From Microcoleaceae cyanobacterium (GTDB lineage Bacteria > Cyanobacteriota > Cyanobacteriia > Cyanobacteriales > Microcoleaceae), in the NCBI GenBank assembly GCA_051652765.1, contig JBOFUV010000116.1:1-45078 (forward strand): a DNA stretch of 45,078 bases, in the 5' to 3' direction. A program made the position numbers and the translations under genes. The notes under the pieces are model-generated. The model worked only from the letters and a program-made list of their open reading frames with translations, made no database searches and was not told the origin of the DNA. This document shows, piece by piece, positions 32,770-41,203 of the stretch (its first letter is position 1; every line of letters begins with the position of its first letter).

Positions 32770-34287
32770 TTAGGGAGATAGTTTGTGAGCATTCAGATCT
32801 AACTTGGCTTGTAATTCCGCTTTGATTCGATTCAAAATGGAGGCTTCATCAAGGGACGCTAAAATCTGTTTGACCACTGCCTTTGGCCCTTCCTCTCCCC
32901 AAGATGCACCATTGGCTAAGTATGCCTTTGTCACCTGACCAATGCCGTAGGAAGAAACGCCTGCAACTCCTGCTTGAGTCACTGCGACTGAAAGATAAGG
33001 AATTAAGCTCGCGCCTCCTGTTGCCGGAATCGCTAGCCCCAACAATCCCTTGAGGGAGCTTAAACCTAAATTGGCTAGGAGTTCGCTGGCACCAATCCCG
33101 CCCACACTCAAGGCAATTCTTTGGAGCAAATCGACTGCCCCTTGCTGGGTCATGGAAATCCCATACAGTTTTGACAAGGCTAGAATCATGGTGACATCAA
33201 TCGCAACGCCACTCAACAAATCAATGAATGTCAGGGGATTAAGGGCGATCGCCACAGACTTGGTCATGACAGCGCTCCAAATCGCTCGATTGGCATTCTC
33301 CTCCCGAATTGCCATTTTCCGTTGCACCAATTGTTCATTTACGTCTCCGGCATAGAGCATGGTGTTGAGGGCAACCAGGGATTTACCTTCCCGATCAAGA
33401 ATTTCCAAGATTTTTAGCTTCAGGTCAGCAATTTGGGGTTCTCCCCGGATCAGCTCTGCTTTGAGAGTGCCATCAGGCCGACGGGCTGCCGTGGCAATCA
33501 ACGGAGAAGCCGCCGCCATGACAATCTCATCAGGGGACAGCAACTCCTTCACCCGTTCATCCCGAATTTTTTGGTAAATTGCCATCCGATCGGCTTCGGG
33601 ATACTGATCAATCTTGTTGAACACCAGTAACATCGGCTTGCCCGCTTCCCGCAGTTGGGACAGGGCTTCATATTCTACCTGGGTAATGTCTCCAGAAACC
33701 ACGAACAGGAGTAAATCTACCTGTTGCGCGACTTGCTTGGCCATGGCCTCCCGAGTTTTGCCATCCACTTCATCAATGCCGGGGGTATCAATCAATTCCA
33801 CCTGGGAGATGTGGTAAGAAATAGGAGCCTGGGGTGCAGGAGCAGGAACAGGGGGGGAGAGGGGAAAATCAGGAATCGGGGGGAATAGGTCGTCTAGGTC
33901 ATCTGGATGATTGGATTCGGAGGTGTCCCCAGTTCTAATTTCCGGTTCTGTGGTTTCTAGCTGCCAATCCTGGGACTGATGAACCCGAGTCACCCCGTGA
34001 ATCGGGCCTGTTTCAAATACGTTCCGACCCAGGAGAGCGTTCAGCACCGAGGATTTACCCCGTCCCACCATCCCAAATACGGCGATTTGAATCCGAGTTT
34101 CTTCCAACTTGGTGAGCATAGACTCTAACCCAGTAATTTCTGTATCGAGTCCGGCCCGCTCCTCTGGGGTGAGGTCTAGGTTTGTGACCAAATCCCGCAT
34201 TGCATCTCGGGCGCGACGCAGGTTCAGCTCTTCTTGGATTTCAGTGAAATCCAGCAGTGTTCGGTTCAGGTCTTCGTCTAGGCTCAT
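32770..34287 (-). CDS. Era-like GTP-binding protein with DUF697 C-terminus
   Basis: GMVGRGKSS, DTPG, NKID; hydrophobic C-terminal domain. Confidence 0.88.
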   Translation of the reverse strand: MSLDEDLNRTLLDFTEIQEELNLRRARDAMRDLVTNLDLTPEERAGLDTEITGLESMLTKLEETRIQIAVFGMVGRGKSSVLNALLGRNVFETGPIHGVTRVHQSQDWQLETTEPEIRTGDTSESNHPDDLDDLFPPIPDFPLSPPVPAPAPQAPISYHISQVELIDTPGIDEVDGKTREAMAKQVAQQVDLLLFVVSGDITQVEYEALSQLREAGKPMLLVFNKIDQYPEADRMAIYQKIRDERVKELLSPDEIVMAAASPLIATAARRPDGTLKAELIRGEPQIADLKLKILEILDREGKSLVALNTMLYAGDVNEQLVQRKMAIREENANRAIWSAVMTKSVAIALNPLTFIDLLSGVAIDVTMILALSKLYGISMTQQGAVDLLQRIALSVGGIGASELLANLGLSSLKGLLGLAIPATGGASLIPYLSVAVTQAGVAGVSSYGIGQVTKAYLANGASWGEEGPKAVVKQILASLDEASILNRIKAELQAKLDLNAHKLSP

Positions 34288-34444
34288 CGGCGGTGACAGA
34301 GTTGAAGAGTGTTAGTGACTATCCTATTACGATCTATTGTGGTCTTAAGTGTGGTTTTAAGTGTGGTCTTGGGTGTGTGGGTTAACTGATGGGGGAAGCC
34401 GTCCTAGCTGTCTAAGTCAGGCAAGATGCCCAACCCACAACCTT

Positions 34445-34573
34445 TCAGGGGTTATTTTTTCTCATTGCTGAGTGCAGGCCATTCCGAGCCAACAAAATCG
34501 GTTTCACTTGGTCAAACCCAAACTTCTGGTAAAAAGCCTGCATTTCTGGTAAGCAACACAGCATGATCCCTTC
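34445..34573 (-). pseudogene. 3' end of a GNAT N-acetyltransferase gene, interrupted at 34573
   Basis: Hand translation EGIMLCCLPEMQAFYQKFGFDQVKPILLARNGLHSAMRKNNP*; FY.K.GF is the GNAT C-terminal motif; an in-frame TAG lies two codons upstream, inside the element. Confidence 0.75.
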
Positions 34574-34593
34574 ACTCTAGGATATTCCGAACC

Positions 34594-35874
34594 TCAAAAA
34601 AAGAGAAGCCTCGGAATTTCACTTTGGATTCTGCAAAACTCTTGCTTCAGATTTTTGTAGAGTTCGTAAGTCGTTCTGAACAATAACCTAATAATCGCGT
34701 CATCTCCCCCAATTGCATCATCACCTGCTTTCATTCGACCATTGCCGATGTCATGTAGACGACGGTGGGTTTTGTGCTTCTCCCAAATCGCTTGTCCCTG
34801 TTCAGATGGAATGTATTTACCTCTTTCCTTGTCAAACCTACCCTTAGCCCACATATAGAGACTGGAACGGCAAATCTTGGAGCCGTGAAATTTCTTCTTG
34901 AGCTGGCCGCTATCTCCTGACTTTTCCAAGGTGTAGCTCAAGCCCAAATAAGCCTGAAACTGCCTTTGAGAGTAGTCATGTTTACTACGCTTCCCTTTGC
35001 TGTTGGTGTGATGTTCGAGATAGACTCGACCGTCGATCAGGAACTTCTCAAAGGGATAGATCTTGCACAGCAAGTAGCTCTTGTTTTTGACCCCAAACTT
35101 GAACGGGCTCATGGCCTGTAAGTATGGCTCAAACTCAGGTTTCCTTAAGAACTCTTCCATCTTCTCCAGGACGTGCAGCTCTTGGCGCTTCAGGTCGCAA
35201 AGGCGCTTAGCATGAAAGCGAGTATAATCACTTAAGCCTGCACCTACAGTTGAACTGTAGGCTTTTCTGAATTGGGAGTAGGTGTGCTCTCCGGCAAGTG
35301 CAGACCAGAACGGGTGACACCCCAACTTGGGGTTAATGCCACAGTCCTTGGCCTCATGCTGAGCCCATTCTGGGAACTCATAGCAAAGCCTTTGCCGAAT
35401 TTGATTAATCAGGCTATTACCAACCTTGTCAATCTGTTCAACCTCATAGAACCAATCCTGGAGCAGCCGGATATCTTGGTTGAACTTGATGAACCTTTTC
35501 TGACCATGCTTGTCAATGAATCTTTCATCGAAATAACAGGCCCCTAAACATAGTGCATCTTCGGGATCTCGTTTATTTTTGAAGCCGTAGCTCATGCGCT
35601 GCGCCTTCAGATCGGCATGACCAATCCACAAGACCTCAATTCCCTGATCCTCGCATCTCTCAGCAATCAACCTGCTATACCACCCTCCAGTTGGCTCCAT
35701 TACGACCTTGTCTGGATTCATCCCCCAAAGCAGATCAAACCCATCCTTATTGCAATCAACCCGAACAAATTCTTTTCGATTCTGGGAGTAGTAGCGCTGG
35801 AGGTTGTTCGGAAAACAATCCAATGCAGCGGCTACGGCGTGGTTACGCCCCACGTCAAGTCCAACAACTATCAT
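34594..35874 (-). CDS. IS110-family (DEDD/RuvC-like) recombinase, divergent
   Basis: GLDVG, MEPTG, KRDPEDA (DEDD set); coiled coil; C-terminal F.AYLGL....EKSG...GS...R..LY with the catalytic Ser. Confidence 0.88.
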   Translation of the reverse strand: MIVVGLDVGRNHAVAAALDCFPNNLQRYYSQNRKEFVRVDCNKDGFDLLWGMNPDKVVMEPTGGWYSRLIAERCEDQGIEVLWIGHADLKAQRMSYGFKNKRDPEDALCLGACYFDERFIDKHGQKRFIKFNQDIRLLQDWFYEVEQIDKVGNSLINQIRQRLCYEFPEWAQHEAKDCGINPKLGCHPFWSALAGEHTYSQFRKAYSSTVGAGLSDYTRFHAKRLCDLKRQELHVLEKMEEFLRKPEFEPYLQAMSPFKFGVKNKSYLLCKIYPFEKFLIDGRVYLEHHTNSKGKRSKHDYSQRQFQAYLGLSYTLEKSGDSGQLKKKFHGSKICRSSLYMWAKGRFDKERGKYIPSEQGQAIWEKHKTHRRLHDIGNGRMKAGDDAIGGDDAIIRLLFRTTYELYKNLKQEFCRIQSEIPRLLFF

Positions 35875-35921
35875 TATTTAAAAATTAAACTGGTTTGGAT
35901 CGTCGCTGTTCTCCCTTAAAA

Positions 35922-36164
35922 GGACATATAACTTCCGAATCCATTGAAAGCCCACAACCAATACGGGGAGCTTAATTCACTCTGTAAGTGTGTCCAGGAG
36001 TGGAAGGCGGCGAAGAGGAGCTTTTGAAGGAATTCAAGCCCGCGCCCATTGCTGGGGGTGCTTACTTCTACTTAGAAGCCCTCAATCTCCGACCTTCCAA
36101 CTACTCCGAAGAGCAGGCGAACAAGGGAGCGACCCTTTGTCCGCAATCCCAGGAACGTGGGATT
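35922..36164 (-). ncRNA. Predicted bridge RNA (5' hairpins, target-binding loop, donor-binding loop)
   Basis: Hairpins at 36145-36164 and 36117-36144; stem-loops 36107-35997 and 35995-35922, each reading guide(..GAA)-NN-AAGC(A/U)CCCC...GGGCUU-linker-guide(..UUC); guides match 34566-34578. Confidence 0.8.
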
Positions 36165-36249
36165 TCTGAGCCACATCAGCTCCACCAACTAGCCGATCCT
36201 GCTAGTGGCGATCGCCTCGCTAGAGACGATTCATCAGGCGGTATTTAGG

Positions 36250-36597
36250 CTACATCTGATCTAATTTATTCTGTGTCAGGTAGGTTTGATATTCTTGCCT
36301 AGACAGCAATGGGAAGATCCCATAAGCTGCTGCTCTAATAGTCCACTGGCTGATCTCTTCTGTAGAACCTAGGGTTCTGACATCTAGCTTCAGTCTTTGC
36401 AACTCTGATCGCCTTGAGTAACAAGGAGCTGCCACGTAGTAAAGCAAGTAGGCTTTCACCAATAGGAACCGCGCATCAGAGCAGTAGCCCCACTTAACGT
36501 CCCTGACGGACAATAAAAGTTCAGGGCATTCTTTTTTCAGATAATCAAACTGGACGGGCCGCCCGCAAGTAAGGTAGGGAGGTCTGAAATCGTTCAT
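36250..36597 (-). CDS. Hypothetical protein
   Basis: ATG-initiated ORF in a tight leftward operon. Confidence 0.6.
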   Translation of the reverse strand: MNDFRPPYLTCGRPVQFDYLKKECPELLLSVRDVKWGYCSDARFLLVKAYLLYYVAAPCYSRRSELQRLKLDVRTLGSTEEISQWTIRAAAYGIFPLLSRQEYQTYLTQNKLDQM

Positions 36598-36601
36598 TTG
36601 T

Positions 36602-37006
36602 TTACACCCGATCTAAAGATTTGGACGCGACCACTTCAAGGTTGTTGAAAACCCTTCTTAGGTTTGAGTCTGTTTCCTCTACTTTCTCTTCCGAGATAGG
36701 CGCACATAGGATGGCGATCGCCTCAACCAGAGAGTTATTGATATCAATCAGGCTTTCCCAGATTGACGTGTATGCCCAGCTTGGATCGGTCGGGCTGTGA
36801 AACGGCTTACTGCAACCGTCAAGTCTGAGACTCCAGCGGTCTAAGACCTCCATAAATTCTTCAGCCTCATCGCCAGATAGAAAGAACGTTGACCCACCTC
36901 TGAGGGAGATCTTTACCCGGACTAACGCTTGATCCTGGAAGACCTCACACCCGGCGATCTCCTCCAAGTCAATCCATATTTGTTCAAACTTAATTAAGTG
37001 TTTCAT
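36602..37006 (-). CDS. Hypothetical protein
   Basis: ORF with AGGAGG-type RBS, overlapping the upstream gene. Confidence 0.65.
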   Translation of the reverse strand: MKHLIKFEQIWIDLEEIAGCEVFQDQALVRVKISLRGGSTFFLSGDEAEEFMEVLDRWSLRLDGCSKPFHSPTDPSWAYTSIWESLIDINNSLVEAIAILCAPISEEKVEETDSNLRRVFNNLEVVASKSLDRV

Positions 37007-37289
37007 TTTTTCTTCCTCCTAAATCGTTTAAGAAATTCCATTGCCACTGTTCCAGCGCTTCTCCAATGTCTCTAGGGGCGAACCCCAGACATTTGTCAAA
37101 AATTTTCATCCATTCGACAATCTCCTTCGGTGAAAGGGAGAATTCATAGATCCGACTAACAGAACTCCCACCCTGAGAGAGAGTGAGCGTTAGTCGAGGT
37201 TCTCTGGGTGTTCGGGTTAGTGGTTGTTCCTCGCACATAAGCCATTTTTTGACATTGCTTTCCTTGACAGACCCCCATTGATTTCTCAT
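36990..37289 (-). CDS. Hypothetical protein
   Basis: First ORF of the leftward operon; start uncertain. Confidence 0.5.
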   Translation of the reverse strand: MRNQWGSVKESNVKKWLMCEEQPLTRTPREPRLTLTLSQGGSSVSRIYEFSLSPKEIVEWMKIFDKCLGFAPRDIGEALEQWQWNFLNDLGGRKNETLN

Positions 37290-37353
37290 ATGAGAATCTA
37301 AAATCCATAATTACTTATATGAGATAATATTGTCAAGGATTCTCATATGTAAA
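37283..37353. promoter_or_regulatory. Divergent control region with three palindromic operator-like sites
   Basis: TTCTCATATGAGAA (37283, perfect), TACTTATATGAGAT (37312), TTCTCATATGTAAA (37340); TTGACA on the minus strand at 37336-37331. Confidence 0.7.
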
Positions 37354-37388
37354 ATTAGAGGTAATGCAGATAGAGATGGGAGCAAATC

Positions 37389-37586
37389 ATGAATCAAGAC
37401 AAGAAGCAACCGGGAAGACCGCCAACAGGGAGAATGAACGCCTCATTCAGGGTCAACCCGTCCCTGTGGGAGAGATTCTCTCGACTGGCGGAGCAGAAAT
37501 CGGTAAACAAATCCGACATTCTAGAAGAATTCCTGATCAACTATTTGGAGGGAAAATTTCATCTGTCGATCAGGCAATCGTCATAG
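37389..37586 (+). CDS. Ribbon-helix-helix (CopG/Arc-like) regulator
   Basis: GRP, beta strand ASFRV, helices LWERFSRLAEQ and NKSDILEEFL; GGGAG RBS. Confidence 0.75.
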   Translation: MNQDKKQPGRPPTGRMNASFRVNPSLWERFSRLAEQKSVNKSDILEEFLINYLEGKFHLSIRQSS

Positions 37587-37589
37587 AAA

Positions 37590-37729
37590 TGATTGATCAA
37601 TGTCGAGAACAGCTTGAAGAATCCGCCGCATGTATCGAGTGGTACCAAAACCAGGAAGCAAAGATTCTAAAGCGATTGAACAACCTGGAACAAATTCTTA
37701 AACGAGCATCGGCAGACGAAGAAGAATAA
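37590..37729 (+). CDS. Small coiled-coil protein (3' part of ORF 37364-37729)
   Basis: MIDQCREQLEES...LKRLNNLEQIL heptads; followed by a terminator; start uncertain. Confidence 0.45.
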
Positions 37730-37734
37730 CTCCC

Positions 37735-37770
37735 ACACTCGCACCCATTGAATGGGTGCGAGTGTTTTTT
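37735..37770 (+). terminator. Intrinsic terminator
   Basis: ACACTCGCACCCATT-G-AATGGGTGCGAGTGT then T-tract. Confidence 0.85.
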
Positions 37771-37825
37771 CTATGCCAAACTCGCACTATTCCAAACAAC
37801 CCTTGAATAAACACCCATTAGCCGT

Positions 37826-38353
37826 ATGAATCAACTCAAAATCAACTTAAACGGTCACGCCCTACTGCCACCCACCCAGTTCGAACAACACGACAAGCGC
37901 TTAACCCTCGTCTATATAGAAGAGAATCCGGGGGCATCCCACAGAGAAATACTGGCTCACCTCAACAACGTTAGGGCAGTTCCCCTGAGACTGGAGCAGT
38001 TGAAATACTTCACCAGTCAGCTCGAACAGAAAGGAGTGTTGGGGCTACAAATAATTCGTTCCCCAAAAAAATCTCAGTCCGATATTTTTTTTTGGGAACG
38101 AATTAAATTAGAGATTCGGTGGTTGAAAGCTGGTGGAAAAGCCAGGGGGGATCACAAGTACCCCTGGCTGTGCGAGGGGAAGAAACCAATCAAATATATT
38201 GGTGGTGGTAATCAAGAAAGTGCGATCGCTCAAGCCAGAGTCGAACTGATTGAGGATTGGATTCTACAAGGGCTTGGCAAAGACGAAATCATAGCCCTAG
38301 TGCCCAGGCTTCAGAGTAGTTTGAAAAAAGTCAAGAAGAAGCCTAAGGATTGA
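37826..38353 (+). CDS. Hypothetical basic protein, possible winged-helix DNA-binding N-terminus
   Basis: YIEENPGASHREIL pattern; Lys-rich C-terminus. Confidence 0.55.
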   Translation: MNQLKINLNGHALLPPTQFEQHDKRLTLVYIEENPGASHREILAHLNNVRAVPLRLEQLKYFTSQLEQKGVLGLQIIRSPKKSQSDIFFWERIKLEIRWLKAGGKARGDHKYPWLCEGKKPIKYIGGGNQESAIAQARVELIEDWILQGLGKDEIIALVPRLQSSLKKVKKKPKD

Positions 38354-38583
38354 GATAGTTCGCATGGTAAGATACACACATTAAACCAGACTGAATTCTC
38401 TACCAAAAAGGGCATCTTCACTCAATATTGAAAATTGCGCTTTTAGATAAAAGAGCAAATGCAAAAGCCCCGGCAAAACCCCCTATTTTCCGGGGCTTAC
38501 GGCCAAAACCCTTTAGGAAATCTGCCGATTCAATTTGCTAATATGTAGTCAGTTCCGGGAAACAGCAAATAGATTTTAATGAT

Positions 38584-39174
38584 ATGGCTAAAAATCGCGG
38601 GCACGGAAAAGCCACTATTTTAAGCAATAAGGATTACGAGAAAATTTACGACCAATTGGTCACAGATCAACAGCGGTGCATCTTCTCCCTGTTGCGATAC
38701 ACGGGTGAGCGAATCTCTGCCGTGCTTCAACTTGAAGTCAGCGACGCTTACCAGAACCCCTGGGAGTGCGAACCCAGAGATCAGATCACCTACAGGGCCA
38801 TCACCCGAAAAAAGTCAGACGGCAAGGCTATCACCCGGCAGGTTCCAGTCAACCGAGCAATGCGGGCTGAGCTGAAGAACTTCCAACCCCCGTTGACTGG
38901 GTTCTTGTTTCCCAGTCCGTTACGACCAGATGCTTCCATTTCTCGACAGAGTGTAGATCATTGGTTCCGGCGTGCTTGTTCATCAGCCGGACTGGGACGA
39001 CAGGGGATATCATTGCACAGCCCCCGGCGAACCTTGATTACCAAGCTTGCCCGTGAGGGAGTGCCCGTGGCGATCCTGAAGCAGGTCACCGGACATCAAT
39101 CGACAGAGACCCTAATCAAACACTATGTGGATGTAGACGAAAAAGCAGTTGTTCGGGCAATGGAGCTGATCTAA
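38584..39174 (+). CDS. Tyrosine recombinase (catalytic domain only)
   Basis: YTGERISA (R), K, HSPRRT (HxxR), TGH, HY (Y nucleophile). Confidence 0.93.
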   Translation: MAKNRGHGKATILSNKDYEKIYDQLVTDQQRCIFSLLRYTGERISAVLQLEVSDAYQNPWECEPRDQITYRAITRKKSDGKAITRQVPVNRAMRAELKNFQPPLTGFLFPSPLRPDASISRQSVDHWFRRACSSAGLGRQGISLHSPRRTLITKLAREGVPVAILKQVTGHQSTETLIKHYVDVDEKAVVRAMELI

Positions 39175-39477
39175 CATTCCCCTCAGGCTTGGTTTGCGTT
39201 TAAGCACCTGGCGTTGAAAAATTACCCCGGCAAAGTTCACCCGGCGCTCGGTCTAAAATCCTTTTAGTTCAAAAGTTCCCCCTTGGTAGGGATCAGGGTT
39301 GAGTAGATGTAGATGAGAAAGCAGTCGTTCGGGCAATGGAGTTAATCTAAGATCCCCCTGGTCTTGCGACTACCCCAAAGTATTGCTATCAAAGGATCGT
39401 CTCCGAGAGAAATCACCCGGCGCTCGATCTAGAATCCTTTCAGCTCAAAAGTTCCCCCTTGGTAGGGGTCAGGGTTG
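39127..39477. repeat. 176-bp-period tandem duplication covering the 3' ends of two convergent genes
   Basis: 39127-39174 ~ 39303-39350 and 39237-39301 ~ 39413-39477; the intervening 62-bp segments differ. Confidence 0.9.
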
Positions 39478-40379
39478 GGCGTGTATTTGGAAACAACCAC
39501 AGTGTCATACTTCCCTGTACCTGGATTTGTCGCTACAAACCTTCCCACGTAGCTAGTCATGGTAGGGCTAAGGGTGAGCAAGTTGTTTTGTACGTTACTT
39601 GCCCAGAGGTTCTGACTTAATGCCCCGGCGATCGCCGAATCAATTGAACCGTATTCTGGATTGATTACATCACTAGCCACAGCCCCAATCAGCCCCATGA
39701 TCCGCTCCAGATCCAGCCACTGGAACCCAACAACGCTAGAAGTAACAGTAACGACAGGATCAGCTGTAACCGCAAAATTGATAGCTTGCCCCATCTGAAA
39801 TTGATCAACAATCACCACCTTGTAGCCCGTGATATTCTGTTCGGAGTCGAGGAACTTGACCGCATTCTGCTCAAACTCATTGCTAGGGTTATCAAAGAAT
39901 CGTTCAAATGGAGAACTGTAATTTTCCCCGGTGCCAATGGCTAGCTTAATCTTTATGGATACAGGCATTTCATCTTCCTCAGCTCCAATAATTCCTGCGA
40001 TTGTGAAGTTTGACCGGACAATCAATTCAATCGTAGCGTCAGCTTGCCCCTGGATGCTCACCTGTTGCTTGTTGGTCTGTTCTCGGAATGTTTGACCAGG
40101 GGCTAGTCGGAATGGGATCTTAGAGCTACCCACAAACACCAAAAGCTCATCATTTGAGGTATTTGTGATGATGACTTCTCGAACATAGGTTTTGTCAGTG
40201 ATTTTGGCTTCAGTTAGGATAGTTTGATTAGAGCCGTCAAGGGCAATTCTTGCCCCGTCTGTATGACTGAGATCTGGATTGCCAACAATCCCATTAAAAT
40301 TTAAATTATTCAGCTTGTCTAGGATTTTATCTAGATGTTCAGAATAGTCAAACGCAAATGAATTACCAGAGAACGGCAT
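39429..40379 (-). CDS. Hypothetical beta-rich protein, possible virion component
   Basis: VIITNTSNDELLVFVG...RLAPGQTF beta-sandwich-like pattern. Confidence 0.55.
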   Translation of the reverse strand: MPFSGNSFAFDYSEHLDKILDKLNNLNFNGIVGNPDLSHTDGARIALDGSNQTILTEAKITDKTYVREVIITNTSNDELLVFVGSSKIPFRLAPGQTFREQTNKQQVSIQGQADATIELIVRSNFTIAGIIGAEEDEMPVSIKIKLAIGTGENYSSPFERFFDNPSNEFEQNAVKFLDSEQNITGYKVVIVDQFQMGQAINFAVTADPVVTVTSSVVGFQWLDLERIMGLIGAVASDVINPEYGSIDSAIAGALSQNLWASNVQNNLLTLSPTMTSYVGRFVATNPGTGKYDTVVVSKYTPNPDPYQGGTFELKGF

Positions 40380-40406
40380 AATTCAATAAAACAAAATTTT
40401 GTTTTT

Positions 40407-41195
40407 ATGGTAACTTACTCAGGATCAGCCTTTGTACAGATGAGCTTTGCTGGAACGCCTATTTTAAGAACAGCTACACTACTCAGCTTCAATCAATTAA
40501 CAAATGAGTATTTGGAAGATGAGATCTTAACTCGGTCTTTCAGATTGGAAATTTTTAATCTGATTTTGATTAGCCATATTAGATCATTGCCTGTATCGGC
40601 TCCACCCAAAATCAGAGACTTTGACTCATCCTATGATCGTTGGATGGCTCTGGAAGAGCATTTTCAGGACAAAGTTCACATGAAAGCCCGAGTGGCGATA
40701 GGAAACTATCCCCTGATGGAAGCTAGGATTTTCAACTATAAATCACCATGGAAAAATAATTTAACGGAAGATTTCAACCAAACTGGAAAGCGACTACAGA
40801 TTGGTAAGAATCAGTCTGTTGAATTAATGCTACATCAGGACTACTACCAAGGGGTAGAGGGTGATATTCTTGATTTGCATTGCAACTATGTTCTGTATCG
40901 TGATACTGAGTCAGAGGGGCTTTCTAGGAGTGTAAGCTCAAAGAGTATGGAGGTTTCAGAGTTTAAAACCACTGTCCTAAACAACACCTCTGTTTATTCA
41001 ATTGACCTAAAAAACGATGGGGAAGAAATCATTTTTATTGATTTCTCTTCTGATCCATCTAGTGACGGTATTTCCCTTAAGTCCGGTGAATCCTTCTGTT
41101 TCAATGAAGAGGGAATACTTCTCCGCGAAATAAACCTTAAAACATATTGCTTACCCAAAAAAACATCTAGACTTGGAATCATTTATAAATATTAA
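40407..41195 (+). CDS. Hypothetical protein, possible virion component
   Basis: C-terminal IDLKNDGEEIIFIDF...GISLKSGESF pattern like that of the neighbouring protein. Confidence 0.55.
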   Translation: MVTYSGSAFVQMSFAGTPILRTATLLSFNQLTNEYLEDEILTRSFRLEIFNLILISHIRSLPVSAPPKIRDFDSSYDRWMALEEHFQDKVHMKARVAIGNYPLMEARIFNYKSPWKNNLTEDFNQTGKRLQIGKNQSVELMLHQDYYQGVEGDILDLHCNYVLYRDTESEGLSRSVSSKSMEVSEFKTTVLNNTSVYSIDLKNDGEEIIFIDFSSDPSSDGISLKSGESFCFNEEGILLREINLKTYCLPKKTSRLGIIYKY

Positions 41196-41203
41196 ATCTA
41201 AAA

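Noticed and set aside
35951..35959. CCCACAACC match between the bridge RNA region and 34434-34442
   Set aside because: Falls in the inner hairpin rather than a guide position; a 9-mer match is expected by chance at this search size
35988..36248. 86-aa plus-strand ORF
   Set aside because: Antisense to the structured bridge RNA, with no recognisable protein features
38258..38267. TGGATTCTAC, 10 of 13 bases of the predicted far junction
   Set aside because: Lies inside an intact ORF, the last target bases mismatch, and the frame that should continue the GNAT gene hits a stop within 10 codons
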